Below, piece by piece: positions 28,800-37,882 of a DNA stretch of 64,000 bases (positions are counted from its first letter, which is position 1; each line of letters opens with the position of its first letter). Origin of the DNA: Candidatus Gastranaerophilales bacterium (GTDB lineage Bacteria > Cyanobacteriota > Vampirovibrionia > Gastranaerophilales > Gastranaerophilaceae); NCBI GenBank assembly GCA_944322865.1, contig CALUQJ010000001.1, positions 2,223 through 66,222 of the forward strand, given 5' to 3'. The position numbers and the translations under genes are program-made. Under the pieces are notes generated by a model. It saw only the letters and a program-made list of their open reading frames with translations, ran no database searches and was not told the DNA's origin.

Positions 28800-29324
28800 A
28801 TGGGAATGGATGGTCTTAAAGGAAATACCTCTATCAGTTCTTATCAGAATTTTGACGGTACAAATCTGACAATTGCCGGTGTCGAAGAAAAAGCCTCAGG
28901 TTTAAGAGGGTCAGCCGGAGTATTTTTAGGTGTCGGAACGGATTTTACAAAAGATGCTATGGGGGTACTGGATTTCAAAGGTACATATAATTACGATGAT
29001 AAAGGATTATTTAACCAGAATTTACGTGTAAGAAACACTGTAGGAGTAAAAAGCGCAGCAACCCAGATAAGATATTCACCGTTGAGTGTAAATATTCCGC
29101 TGAATAACAAAACCACTTTGTATGCCAATCCGCATTATGTCGGGAAATATAATTACAAAACAAATCAATGGACAAACAGTGCAGGCATTTTTGCCGGAGC
29201 AACTCAAAAATTAACGGATAAAACCTCACTTTCTCTAGAGGTTCAACGGTATAATTTGCAGGATATAAAAGACAATTCCGGCAAAAATTGGGGAGTTAAC
29301 GCAATTATTAGCTGGAAGTTCTGA
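28800..29324 (+). CDS. Outer-membrane beta-barrel-like protein without recognisable signal peptide (possibly a fragment)
   Basis: Alternating hydrophobic pattern, G/N/T/Y-rich, terminal ...NAIISWKF (aromatic C-terminal residue typical of OMPs). No N-terminal hydrophobic leader. Confidence 0.35.
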   Translation: MGMDGLKGNTSISSYQNFDGTNLTIAGVEEKASGLRGSAGVFLGVGTDFTKDAMGVLDFKGTYNYDDKGLFNQNLRVRNTVGVKSAATQIRYSPLSVNIPLNNKTTLYANPHYVGKYNYKTNQWTNSAGIFAGATQKLTDKTSLSLEVQRYNLQDIKDNSGKNWGVNAIISWKF

Positions 29325-29373
29325 TGTTTTTATAACTCAGACAGACTGGAAAATAATTTAATTATACGACAAG

Positions 29374-29405
29374 AGGCTGATATAAAATATATCAGCCTTA
29401 ATTTT
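29374..29405 (+). terminator. Hairpin terminator
   Basis: AGGCTGATAT/ATATCAGCCT 10-bp stem with loop AAAAT, followed by TAATTTTA. Confidence 0.5.
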
Positions 29406-29441
29406 ATAGAGGTTGCTATATACTAAACAAATCGTTAAATT

Positions 29442-29816
29442 TTAAATAGGAAATATACAAATATATTTGTGTGAATTTTTTATTTCAAGTGCCACAGAAC
29501 ATCGGGCTTCATAAGGCAGATCGTGCAACATTTGCATTGCAGTACGAACAGTTGAATTAACGTCATACCACCGGTTACGCCGAGAATCGGCGTAACCGGC
29601 GTATATTGCATCAAGAAGGTCATTTATATTCTCGTAATCCAATGTCATAACATTTTTATCTATTATGTTTTTTATAATAAGCATTGCCACCTTGGTCTTG
29701 ACTTCTTCTTCGGCATACTCAAGTTTTGCAACAATACGTGACAATTCCGGATCTTCATCGTACCACCGGCGTGTGTATACTCCTGTGACTTTTCCTTTTA
29801 ATTTTTCACTAATCAT
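29442..29816 (-). CDS. Hypothetical protein (124 aa) with duplicated RRWYD-like motif
   Basis: TRRWYDEDP and RRNRWYDVN. No family recognised. Confidence 0.5.
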   Translation of the reverse strand: MISEKLKGKVTGVYTRRWYDEDPELSRIVAKLEYAEEEVKTKVAMLIIKNIIDKNVMTLDYENINDLLDAIYAGYADSRRNRWYDVNSTVRTAMQMLHDLPYEARCSVALEIKNSHKYICIFPI

Positions 29817-30001
29817 TTTTTCCCTGCGCTTTTTAAGTACAATTCACTTCGGCTATGGTAAATGTACTATTATTATACCCAAAATAATTAAAAATGTAAC
29901 ACTTTTCCATTAAAAAGTATTAATTCTTTAGAATGATGTTTTTTTTATAAAAATATTATATAATATAAATACGGGATTGAGTAATTGGAGTTAAAATCTA
30001 T

Positions 30002-30778
30002 ATGCGCCTAACAGTATTAGTAGATAACAATTCAAATATTGCACATTTTTTATGCGCAGAACCGGCATTGTCATTCTGTATTGAGGATGGCTATAGAAAA
30101 ATCCTTTTTGATTGCGGTTACAGTGATGCGTTTATTAAAAATGCCTATCAGCTTGGAATTGATCTAAGTGATGTTACGGATATTGTGTTATCTCACGGGC
30201 ATGTTGACCACACAGGCGGACTGGCAAGACTTCAAAGTCTTTATCTGAAAATATCACGCGTAGGCTTCCCGATATGCGTAAAACGGGTTACGGCGCACCC
30301 TGATATTATGAAACCGCTGCAAGAAGATACTCTTGCAAATAAAAATATTCCGCAATTATGTGATTTATTTGACGTTTCGCTTACAAAAGACCCGCGCTAT
30401 ATAACAGATAACATATTATTTTTAGGAGAAATACCGGTTAAAGATGAAACCCGCTATCGTCACAGAGATGATTCTTCTCTTGTTTACACCTCTCCTGACG
30501 GTCTTGTAATCATTTCCGGCTGTTCGCATTCCGGATTAATAAATATTGCGGAATATGCCAAAAAAGTAACCAATGAAGATAGAATTGCCGCGATTATAGG
30601 AGGCATCTACATAGGGAATAATCACGAAAATGACATTAAAGCAATAGGTGAATATCTGCTGAGAGAACACGTTCCGGCTGTATATCCTTGTCATTGCTGC
30701 GATTTGGAAACTAAACTCCTTCTTTCTAAATATGTACCGATTAAAGATGTTTATTCCGGACTTGCTATAACTTTTTAA
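30002..30778 (+). CDS. MBL-fold metallo-hydrolase
   Basis: HxHxDH motif LSHGHVDHTGG, later GCSHSG and CHC. Confidence 0.75.
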   Translation: MRLTVLVDNNSNIAHFLCAEPALSFCIEDGYRKILFDCGYSDAFIKNAYQLGIDLSDVTDIVLSHGHVDHTGGLARLQSLYLKISRVGFPICVKRVTAHPDIMKPLQEDTLANKNIPQLCDLFDVSLTKDPRYITDNILFLGEIPVKDETRYRHRDDSSLVYTSPDGLVIISGCSHSGLINIAEYAKKVTNEDRIAAIIGGIYIGNNHENDIKAIGEYLLREHVPAVYPCHCCDLETKLLLSKYVPIKDVYSGLAITF

Positions 30779-30890
30779 AATTGTTAACAATTCACTTGCA
30801 TTTTTGTTTTTTGCATAATATACTGTATTTACAGTCTTATGGCTTTGGTATGCCAAAGGCTTGTTGTTAGCAAAATTAAAGGAGATTAAA

Positions 30891-31100
30891 ATGCCAAAAA
30901 TGAAAACTCACAAATCTGCTGCAAAACGTTACAAAGTAACTGCAACAGGTAAAATTACAAGAAGACAGGCAGGTATCGGCCACTTGCTCCAACACAAATC
31001 TTCTTCTAGAAAGCGCCGTATTTTCAAAACTGTATCAATTTCACCTTCACACGTAAAATTGATATCAAAAGAGTTACCGTACAAGAAGTATTCTAGATAG
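30891..31100 (+). CDS. rpmI: 50S ribosomal protein L35
   Basis: [30 protein letters not shown]. The track start at 30861 was rejected. Confidence 0.92.
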   Translation: MPKMKTHKSAAKRYKVTATGKITRRQAGIGHLLQHKSSSRKRRIFKTVSISPSHVKLISKELPYKKYSR

Positions 31101-31108
31101 GAGGAACA

Positions 31109-31456
31109 ATGAGAGTAAAACGTGGTAATGTAAGTCGTAACAGACATAAAAAAATATTAAAACTTGCAAAAAGCTATATTGGTGCAAGAAGCAGAATTTT
31201 TAAAGTTGCTAATATTGCAGTAATGAAGGCTTTAAAATACGCATACAGAGATAGAAGAACAACAAAACGCAATATGCGTCGTTTATGGATTGTCAGAATT
31301 AATGCAGCTGTTAGAGAACGCGGCATGAGTTATTCAAGATTCGTTAATGCTTGCAAAAAAGCTAACGTAATTGTTAACAGAAAAATGCTTGCTGATATGG
31401 CTGTAAGAGATCCTGAAGCTTTCCAAACTGTTTTTGATGCAGTAACAAAAATGTAG
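31109..31456 (+). CDS. rplT: 50S ribosomal protein L20
   Basis: [29 protein letters not shown]... Confidence 0.95.
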   Translation: MRVKRGNVSRNRHKKILKLAKSYIGARSRIFKVANIAVMKALKYAYRDRRTTKRNMRRLWIVRINAAVRERGMSYSRFVNACKKANVIVNRKMLADMAVRDPEAFQTVFDAVTKM

Positions 31457-31478
31457 TTTTTTTCATACAATTCTCCGA

Positions 31479-31510
31479 GGCCGTCTGTTTAAAACAGGCG
31501 GTCTTTTTTA
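31479..31510 (+). terminator. Rho-independent terminator after rplT
   Basis: GGCCGTCTG...CAGGCGGTC stem with G-U pairs, then TTTTTT. Confidence 0.75.
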
Positions 31511-31526
31511 TATTGTTATCAGATAT

Positions 31527-32528
31527 TTATTCATTTTCTGATGATTTAACATCATTGAGAGAAATATTAAATTTAAACAAATAATACCCGCCTATAACTG
31601 TCAGCATAAGCATTAATATAGCCTGATGCACAGTAGATACAGCGAGCGCTGTTGATTTCGGGATGTTAAATATTCCGAGGGCAAGAATATAAGCATACTG
31701 ATACGGTCCTAAAAATACCGACGTTGACGGTATCATTGTGGAAAAAGATATCAAACTCAGCACAAACAGCCCGGCAGATAGCCCCAATCCAAGATCGAAA
31801 CTGTCGATTATAAGATATGCGACATAGCATTCTGTCCCCCAGATTATAAGGCTTGAAATAAAAGTTATCAAGGTACATCGTATATTGTCCAAGACCTCAA
31901 AACCTTCAATAAAAGAATCTATGTAGTTGCAGGTTTTATGAATTAAATTTTTGGCTGAAGCTGCTGATTTTTCAGGCAGGTTAGCTGCCAAGGCGGTCAG
32001 TTTTTCACAAATCAAATCTATTTTATTAAATTTAAAAATAAGATAGAATACAATCAGGCTGCCGATAAATAATGCGCCGATACCGTAAGCAAGATTTAAA
32101 ATCCACTGTTCGCGGCAATATAATAAAATAGCAGTCAACAAGATTAAAAACACACAAATTCCGTCAAAAATCCTCTCAAGTATGATTGAACCGAAAACCT
32201 TCATTTTGCGTTCTTTTTTAACTGTTCCGAGATAATAAGCCCGATAAACATCGCCAGCTCTTGCAGGCAAAAAGATATTTAGCATACTACCTACCGTAAA
32301 AACCTCCCCAAGATGCAGACTCGAATAGTTCGGGTTGTTCAAAAGCAGCGCCTTCCAGCGTATTCCACGTAAATAAAGCGTCAGAACATAAAGCGGAACT
32401 ATCCAAATCATATTTTTAAAATTAAACTCTCTGAATGTCTGTAAAAGTTCAGCCCAGTTAATCTTATAAAAAATCACCCCGAGCAGTATAACCGTTATAA
32501 CCAGCGCTAAAATTTTTCTCTTTTTCAT
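31527..32528 (-). CDS. UPF0104 / lysylphosphatidylglycerol-synthase-TM-like (flippase-like) membrane protein
   Basis: Multi-TM 333 aa with YLRGIRWKALL and ARAGDVYRAYY motifs. Confidence 0.7.
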   Translation of the reverse strand: MKKRKILALVITVILLGVIFYKINWAELLQTFREFNFKNMIWIVPLYVLTLYLRGIRWKALLLNNPNYSSLHLGEVFTVGSMLNIFLPARAGDVYRAYYLGTVKKERKMKVFGSIILERIFDGICVFLILLTAILLYCREQWILNLAYGIGALFIGSLIVFYLIFKFNKIDLICEKLTALAANLPEKSAASAKNLIHKTCNYIDSFIEGFEVLDNIRCTLITFISSLIIWGTECYVAYLIIDSFDLGLGLSAGLFVLSLISFSTMIPSTSVFLGPYQYAYILALGIFNIPKSTALAVSTVHQAILMLMLTVIGGYYLFKFNISLNDVKSSENE

Positions 32529-32534
32529 ATAACA

Positions 32535-32543
32535 ATTCTATCA
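32535..32543 (-). promoter_or_regulatory. Extended -10 (TGA-TAGAAT) 6 nt before the ATG at 32528 (leaderless geometry)
   Basis: The minus strand reads TGATAGAAT TGTTAT ATG. No SD. Confidence 0.4.
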
Positions 32544-32652
32544 TAAATATTTCGTAAAATTTGCTTGCACTTTAAAAATTTAGAGATATAATGTAATAGT
32601 AGTCGAAATAAATCAAGTTTGGAATCTTGAGCTAAAGAAATGAGGTTTAAAA

Positions 32653-32856
32653 ATGAAAGACGGAATACATCCAGAATACAAAAAAATGAAAATCAAATGT
32701 GTATGCGGTAACGAAATTGAAACAGGCTCTGTTTTAGACGATATTACAGTTGAAATTTGCAGCAACTGCCATCCGTTCTATACAGGTCAGCAAAAAATCT
32801 TAGACTCAGAAGGTAGAGTTGAAAGATTCAACAAACGTTACGGTAACAAAAAATAA
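32653..32856 (+). CDS. rpmE: 50S ribosomal protein L31 (Zn-ribbon type)
   Basis: [13 protein letters not shown]...[10 protein letters not shown]. Confidence 0.93.
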   Translation: MKDGIHPEYKKMKIKCVCGNEIETGSVLDDITVEICSNCHPFYTGQQKILDSEGRVERFNKRYGNKK

Positions 32857-32883
32857 AAATATTATAGTTTATTTGAATAAGAT

Positions 32884-32917
32884 AGCCCGTGACAATCAAT
32901 TACGGGCTGTCTTTTTA
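32884..32917 (+). terminator. Rho-independent terminator after rpmE
   Basis: AGCCCGT/ACGGGCT stem, then GTCTTTTT. Confidence 0.7.
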
Positions 32918-32930
32918 AAAGGAGAGAAAT

Positions 32931-33638
32931 ATGCAGCAAAACAATGAACCTGTGGTTAATTTAATTTCAAAACCGGATAATATGCTAAAGACTGTTTATA
33001 CCGCGTGCAGAACCTGTTACAGTGCGGACTATCCGATAAATATTTATAACAGTACGGATGATCCAGAAAAAATGCTCAAGTTGATAGAACGCGTTATTTC
33101 ATCAGGGCATTATTCAACCATTGAACATATTCAGGTTAGTTTTGCAATAGCTAATGTTTCCCGCGCCTGCACACACCAGCTTGTCAGACACAGACATATG
33201 TCCTTTTCGCAAAAATCACAGCGATATGTAAAAGAAAAAGGGCAATTTGATTATATAATACCTCCGACTATAGAAAAAAACGAATCACTGAAAGCAGAGT
33301 TTGTTGAATTTATGGGAAAAATTTCCGAACAATATCAAAAATTTGTTGACGCAGGAATACCGGCAGAAGACGCAAGATTTGTTCTTCCAAATGCTGCGGC
33401 AAGTTCAATGGTTGCAAGTTTGAATTTACGGGAAATGATTCACCTTGCGAATTTGAGATTATGCACACGCGCCCAGTATGAAATAAGACTTCTTGTTAAA
33501 AAGATGTGTGATGCACTTATAGCAGAAGAACCGTGGTTAAAACCGTATCTTGTCCCAAAATGTGAACGACTCGGTTTTTGCGATGAAGATAAATCCTGTG
33601 GCAGAAAACCAATTAAAGCGGCACTTGTCAATGCTTGA
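32931..33638 (+). CDS. thyX: FAD-dependent thymidylate synthase ThyX
   Basis: ThyX signature RHRHMSFSQKSQRY. SD AAAGGAG. Confidence 0.9.
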   Translation: MQQNNEPVVNLISKPDNMLKTVYTACRTCYSADYPINIYNSTDDPEKMLKLIERVISSGHYSTIEHIQVSFAIANVSRACTHQLVRHRHMSFSQKSQRYVKEKGQFDYIIPPTIEKNESLKAEFVEFMGKISEQYQKFVDAGIPAEDARFVLPNAAASSMVASLNLREMIHLANLRLCTRAQYEIRLLVKKMCDALIAEEPWLKPYLVPKCERLGFCDEDKSCGRKPIKAALVNA

Positions 33639-34221
33639 GTTATATAAAACATATCTGGAAGTTATTGATCGTTATCTGAATAAGTGTTTTGAAGAACAAC
33701 AGCCGTTTATACATTGCCATGCCGGCTGCACTGCTTGCTGTGAAATTGGAGAATATCCGTTTTCACGTCTTGAAATGGAATATTTAATGTCAGGTTTTCC
33801 GGAATTACCGGCAAAAACACAAAAAATTATTCGCGAAGAGATTAAAAAATTAAAACTTGCCAAAAAGCAATACCGTGGGCGATTTATGCACAAATGCCCT
33901 TTTCTTATTCAGAACAAATGCAGCTTGTACCCAAGACGCGGGATAATTTGCCGCACACACGGGCTTGCGTCGTTTGAAGATAAGAATGGTAAATGTGTAA
34001 TCAAATTGCCGGAATGCAGTAAAAACGGATTAAATTATTCAGAAGTGCTTGAAAACGGGACTGTCAGCCTTGAGAGGTTTCGGGTGTATGGCGTGGAAGC
34101 CCCTGTAAAACATTCGTTGAGCCTCAATTATTTTGAACACGAAATTTTAAAGGGAGTACAAGGACTGGAGTTTGGAGAGATTCGTCCGCTGCTGGAATGG
34201 TTTACTGATGCAGGAGAATAA
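33631..34221 (+). CDS. YkgJ/UPF0153-family cysteine-cluster protein
   Basis: CHAGCTACC motif plus CPFLIQNKCSLYPRRGIICRTHG. The ATG at 33631 overlaps the thyX stop (ATGCTTGA). The track start at 33550 was rejected. Confidence 0.6.
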   Translation: MLELYKTYLEVIDRYLNKCFEEQQPFIHCHAGCTACCEIGEYPFSRLEMEYLMSGFPELPAKTQKIIREEIKKLKLAKKQYRGRFMHKCPFLIQNKCSLYPRRGIICRTHGLASFEDKNGKCVIKLPECSKNGLNYSEVLENGTVSLERFRVYGVEAPVKHSLSLNYFEHEILKGVQGLEFGEIRPLLEWFTDAGE

Positions 34222-34319
34222 GATATTAAACAAAGCCACCTGGCACTAAGTGCCCCCCGCTTATCTGGAGTATCTATTACTTTCTCACCCCTGCCATTGA
34301 AATAGCGGGGGTGGAAAAG

Positions 34320-34393
34320 TGACCCTGGCGGGAGTCGAACCCGCGACCACCGGTTTAGGAAACCGTCGCTCTATCCTACTGAGCTACAAGGCC
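34320..34393 (-). tRNA. tRNA-Arg (anticodon CCT)
   Basis: Hand-folded cloverleaf: acceptor GGCCTTG/CAGGGTC (2 G-U pairs), D stem GCTC/GAGC, anticodon loop TTCCTAA, T arm GCGGG-TTCGACT-CCCGC. CCA is not encoded. Confidence 0.85.
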
Positions 34394-34486
34394 AAATGCG
34401 GCTTTTGCCGCTATGCCCTAAGGCTTTTTTATATTCAGTTTTACAACCGGCTGTCAACCACATTTATTATACCGCAAAAAAACTGC

Positions 34487-35269
34487 TTAAATTATTTTTC
34501 TTAATTTTTCCACCATATCAGCTGCTTTATCTAACCTTTTCTGCGCATCACTCATTGCAAGAATATCTACATCACGTGCAAAATCCTCAGGCAGCAAATT
34601 ACAATGACTCAATGCAAATCTAACCAACTGCTTCTCTCCAGGATGCATAACCCTGTTTAATGCAAAAATTACATCAAAATAACTTGCTAAAAATGCAGCC
34701 GTTCTATGATTGATACTAACATAATCTTGTCTTTTTACCGCCGAAAATAACTGATCATAAAAAGAAAACATCGCATCTTTTAAATAAGCAAAGTTCTTTT
34801 TTATGATGTTTAGAGCAAGTTTTTCCGGATACGGTGTACAAGTCCTTTGCTGTAATGCTTTAAACCACCCAGTCCTGTCAAAAAGTATCTCCGATTTATT
34901 AACATTATCCACAAAACAGGTGGTATACCCTAATGACGCGTTACATTCCTCCCACACCCACTTTATATTCGCTTCAATACTGCTTAAAGTTCTATACATA
35001 ATATCAACAGGCTTAGAAGTTTCTCTCAGAATATATACATCTCCGGTTTCAAAATTATGGTTATCAATTTCCATATAATCAGCATATTTTTGTGCAATTC
35101 TACGCCGCTCATCTACCGGCGGCTCCTGCTCACCATAAATATAAATATCATAATCAGAATGATTATCCGCTATTTTGGCAGTAGAAGAACCGCCAAGTAC
35201 AATTGCTGCAACATCTTCAAGCTGACTGTAATCATTCACCATGCTTAATAAAATTTCTCGGTTATCCAT
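34487..35269 (-). CDS. Nucleotidyltransferase-fold protein (GS..DxD type)
   Basis: VLGGSSTAKIADNHSDYDIYIYG. ATG at 35269 has SD GAGGAA. The GTG at 35287 was rejected. Confidence 0.6.
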   Translation of the reverse strand: MDNREILLSMVNDYSQLEDVAAIVLGGSSTAKIADNHSDYDIYIYGEQEPPVDERRRIAQKYADYMEIDNHNFETGDVYILRETSKPVDIMYRTLSSIEANIKWVWEECNASLGYTTCFVDNVNKSEILFDRTGWFKALQQRTCTPYPEKLALNIIKKNFAYLKDAMFSFYDQLFSAVKRQDYVSINHRTAAFLASYFDVIFALNRVMHPGEKQLVRFALSHCNLLPEDFARDVDILAMSDAQKRLDKAADMVEKLRKII

Positions 35270-35486
35270 AAGCTTTCCTCTTACCACTATTCAAGCATAA
35301 ATACAACCAAACTTTAATCTTTAAAACTGTTAAATTTTGTAAAATTGCTACAGATGTAGTTCTTTAGAATGATGAAATTTGGATAAAAAGTGGTATAATA
35401 ATAATAGGAGAGAAAATAATTCAGCCAATAATCATATTTTGAATATATACAATTGAATATCAAAATAAGAAAGGCGAAGAAAAAGC

Positions 35487-37112
35487 ATGAGCAACCTTGA
35501 ATTTCAGAACGATATTGACAAATTAGTAAACATCTTGCCAGAGCGAGTCAAGCAATACCTCAGTTACGAAAAACTTGAGGATGTTATCGAAATTGTTCTT
35601 GATATCGGACGAACGCCTGAGATAAGACATTCGGGAGGTAAAATAGAATACCTCGGCAATGATACTGTTACTGATGAGGATATTTCATTCATAACAAGTC
35701 ATGTTCAGGAATTTACATCGGATAATCGTTCAGGGATCCCCGGAACACTCCACAGAATCAGTGCGATACGGAACAGGCAAGGAAAAATTATCGGCCTCAC
35801 GTGCAGAATCGGTAGAGTTGTTACGGGGACAATTGCTTGTATAAAAGATATTTGTATGATGGGCAAAAGTATTCTATTTCTCGGGCGTCCTGGGGTTGGT
35901 AAAACAACTAAATTAAGAGAAATTTCCCGTCTTGTCGCTGATGAACTCGGCAAGCGTGTTGTCGTCGTTGATACATCAAACGAAATAGCAGGCGATGGGG
36001 ATACGCCGCATCCTGCGATAGGGCATGCCAGACGTATGCAGGTAAGACAACCGGAATTTCAGAAAGATATTATGATTGAAGCTGTTGAGAACCATACGCC
36101 GGAAGTTATTGTTGTTGATGAAATAGGTACAGAAGCAGAAGCTCAAGCAGCAAGAACAATTGCCGAACGCGGTGTTATGTTAATCGCTACCGCGCACGGT
36201 AACAGTCTTGAAAACTTAATTAAAAACCCGACACTTTCTGATTTGGTCGGGGGGGTTCAATCAGTAACCTTGGGTGATGACGAGGCAAAACGCCGCGCAT
36301 CGCAAAAAACAGTTCTTGAACGTGAAAAACAACCTACATTCGACATAGTTATAGAAATCTTAGACAGAAATACACTTGCGGTGTATAAAGATACCGCAGA
36401 AGCTGTTGATTATATATTACGCGGCTGGCCAATAAGACCGGAAATAAGAAAAGTCGACAAAACTTATGAAGATAAACCGATAGAACAGTCACAACAAGAA
36501 AAAACTCATCCGACTATAACAGAAGAAATTCACAGGCTTGAAGAAAAAATCAAACCGGAAGATAGTTTAAAATTCTCATTCTCACGCCAAAAATACGTTG
36601 ATGAAGTTAAAAATTTCAAAAAAGTTTATCTTTATGCAGTCTCAAGGAGTATTGTTGAAAAAATCATTGAGCGGCTGGATCTGAATGTCGAGATTACAAG
36701 AAATATTGATGAAGCAGATATCGTAATAGCGCACAAAAACTTTGCAAAAGGCGGGGCAAAAATCCTTAGCACTGCAAACGATTACAGATTGCGGATTTTC
36801 TACATCAAAACAAATTCTATGGCGCAAATCCAAAAAGTTTTAAAAGAAGCGCTTGATATAACAGAAGTAGAAACCTTACAGGGGTATTACGACGAGGCAG
36901 AGCGAGCATTAGATGAAGCCAAAGCAGCTATAACCAAAATCCTTGCCGGAGCAGACAATATAGAGCTCCAGCCGCAAAACCAGCACATAAGAAAGTTGCA
37001 GCATGAATTAGTCGAACAGCACAACTTAATCTCAAAATCTGTTGGAGAAGGTGCGCAACGGCACTTAAAAATCGTTGGCGGTAAAGACTTTGAACAAAAA
37101 AAGACAGGATAA
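35487..37112 (+). CDS. R3H-domain AAA ATPase (SpoIIIAA/Ycf45-like)
   Basis: Walker A LGRPGVGKTT, Walker B VIVVDEIGT, TAHG. C-terminal R3H-like segment LQPQNQHIRKLQHELVEQHNLISKSVGEGAQRHLKI. Confidence 0.75.
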   Translation: MSNLEFQNDIDKLVNILPERVKQYLSYEKLEDVIEIVLDIGRTPEIRHSGGKIEYLGNDTVTDEDISFITSHVQEFTSDNRSGIPGTLHRISAIRNRQGKIIGLTCRIGRVVTGTIACIKDICMMGKSILFLGRPGVGKTTKLREISRLVADELGKRVVVVDTSNEIAGDGDTPHPAIGHARRMQVRQPEFQKDIMIEAVENHTPEVIVVDEIGTEAEAQAARTIAERGVMLIATAHGNSLENLIKNPTLSDLVGGVQSVTLGDDEAKRRASQKTVLEREKQPTFDIVIEILDRNTLAVYKDTAEAVDYILRGWPIRPEIRKVDKTYEDKPIEQSQQEKTHPTITEEIHRLEEKIKPEDSLKFSFSRQKYVDEVKNFKKVYLYAVSRSIVEKIIERLDLNVEITRNIDEADIVIAHKNFAKGGAKILSTANDYRLRIFYIKTNSMAQIQKVLKEALDITEVETLQGYYDEAERALDEAKAAITKILAGADNIELQPQNQHIRKLQHELVEQHNLISKSVGEGAQRHLKIVGGKDFEQKKTG

Positions 37113-37116
37113 AGAT

Positions 37117-37377
37117 ATGAACAAAATCGAAATTTATACATCACAGACCTGCCCTTATTGTATTAAGGCAAAAAAATTACTCAAAATGCTAAATCTGGAA
37201 TACTCAGAACACGATGTGTCAGATTCGTTTGACCAAATGTGTGAAGAATTGGCTAAACGCTTTAATCGTTCAATTTCAACCGTGCCGCAGATTATTATTA
37301 ATGACAAATATGTCGGCGGCTACACTGATCTGGAAGCACTCCACAAAAGCGGTAAACTGAATGAATACCTTAATTAA
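37117..37377 (+). CDS. grxC: Glutaredoxin
   Basis: IEIYTSQTCPYCIKAKKLL, TVPQIIINDKYVGGYTDL. The track start at 37075 was rejected. Confidence 0.87.
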   Translation: MNKIEIYTSQTCPYCIKAKKLLKMLNLEYSEHDVSDSFDQMCEELAKRFNRSISTVPQIIINDKYVGGYTDLEALHKSGKLNEYLN

Positions 37378-37466
37378 GTTATGTTACGTTTTAGGGTTGA
37401 AAAGGCTTTAGAATAGCAAATTTTTAGCTTTATATGTTTTTATGAAAATGTAATATAAGGTGTAGT

Positions 37467-37862
37467 ATGTCTTTAAGTGTTAGTGTAGTAAGAAATTTAG
37501 AAAACAACAGGGTACTGATACAGGAGAAATCAGGTACAAAAAAACATCCTGTTGAGCGCTATTACGTTGCCCCGCAGGAAAAGGCAGACAAATTTATTGC
37601 GCAAAAACAAACTCTTAACACTAACCGTAAATTCCAGAATATAATGACATACTTTCTGAGTGCCGGTATTGGTTTGCTTGTCGGGGCGGTATTGAAGTTC
37701 GGTACACTCGGCAAGGTATTATCCGGTGTCGGCGTCGGGTTGTTAGCACTCTTTGGCAGCAAAAAAGCTGATAAGAATTTTAACAACAAGTTAGAACAAA
37801 TAAATATGAAAAATCATAATGTGGAAGAAGTCACGGGTCAAAATCCCGAGAGTATAAAATAG
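37467..37862 (+). CDS. Hypothetical small membrane protein (tandem paralog 1)
   Basis: MSLSVSVVRNLENNRVLIQ..YYVAPQEKADKFIA.. followed by a Gly-rich double TM. SD AAGGTG. Confidence 0.55.
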   Translation: MSLSVSVVRNLENNRVLIQEKSGTKKHPVERYYVAPQEKADKFIAQKQTLNTNRKFQNIMTYFLSAGIGLLVGAVLKFGTLGKVLSGVGVGLLALFGSKKADKNFNNKLEQINMKNHNVEEVTGQNPESIK

Positions 37863-37882
37863 AAAAATGGAGGTCAGTTAAA

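Noticed and set aside
34222-34319. GC-rich complementarities flanking the tRNA-Arg 3' side (CCCCGCT...AGCGGGG, GGCAC-TAA-GTGCC) considered as a small ncRNA or att remnant.
   Set aside because: There are only short competing stems, with no T-run, no promoter and no repeat of the tRNA end. The evidence does not go beyond a possible weak terminator or processing structure.
34319-34623. Track ORFs 34319..34504 and 34396..34623, and likewise 49238..49480, 49388..49702 and 49438..49710.
   Set aside because: They overlap tRNA-Arg, tRNA-Pro, the rubredoxin gene or terminators. Their translations look like tRNA read-through artefacts.
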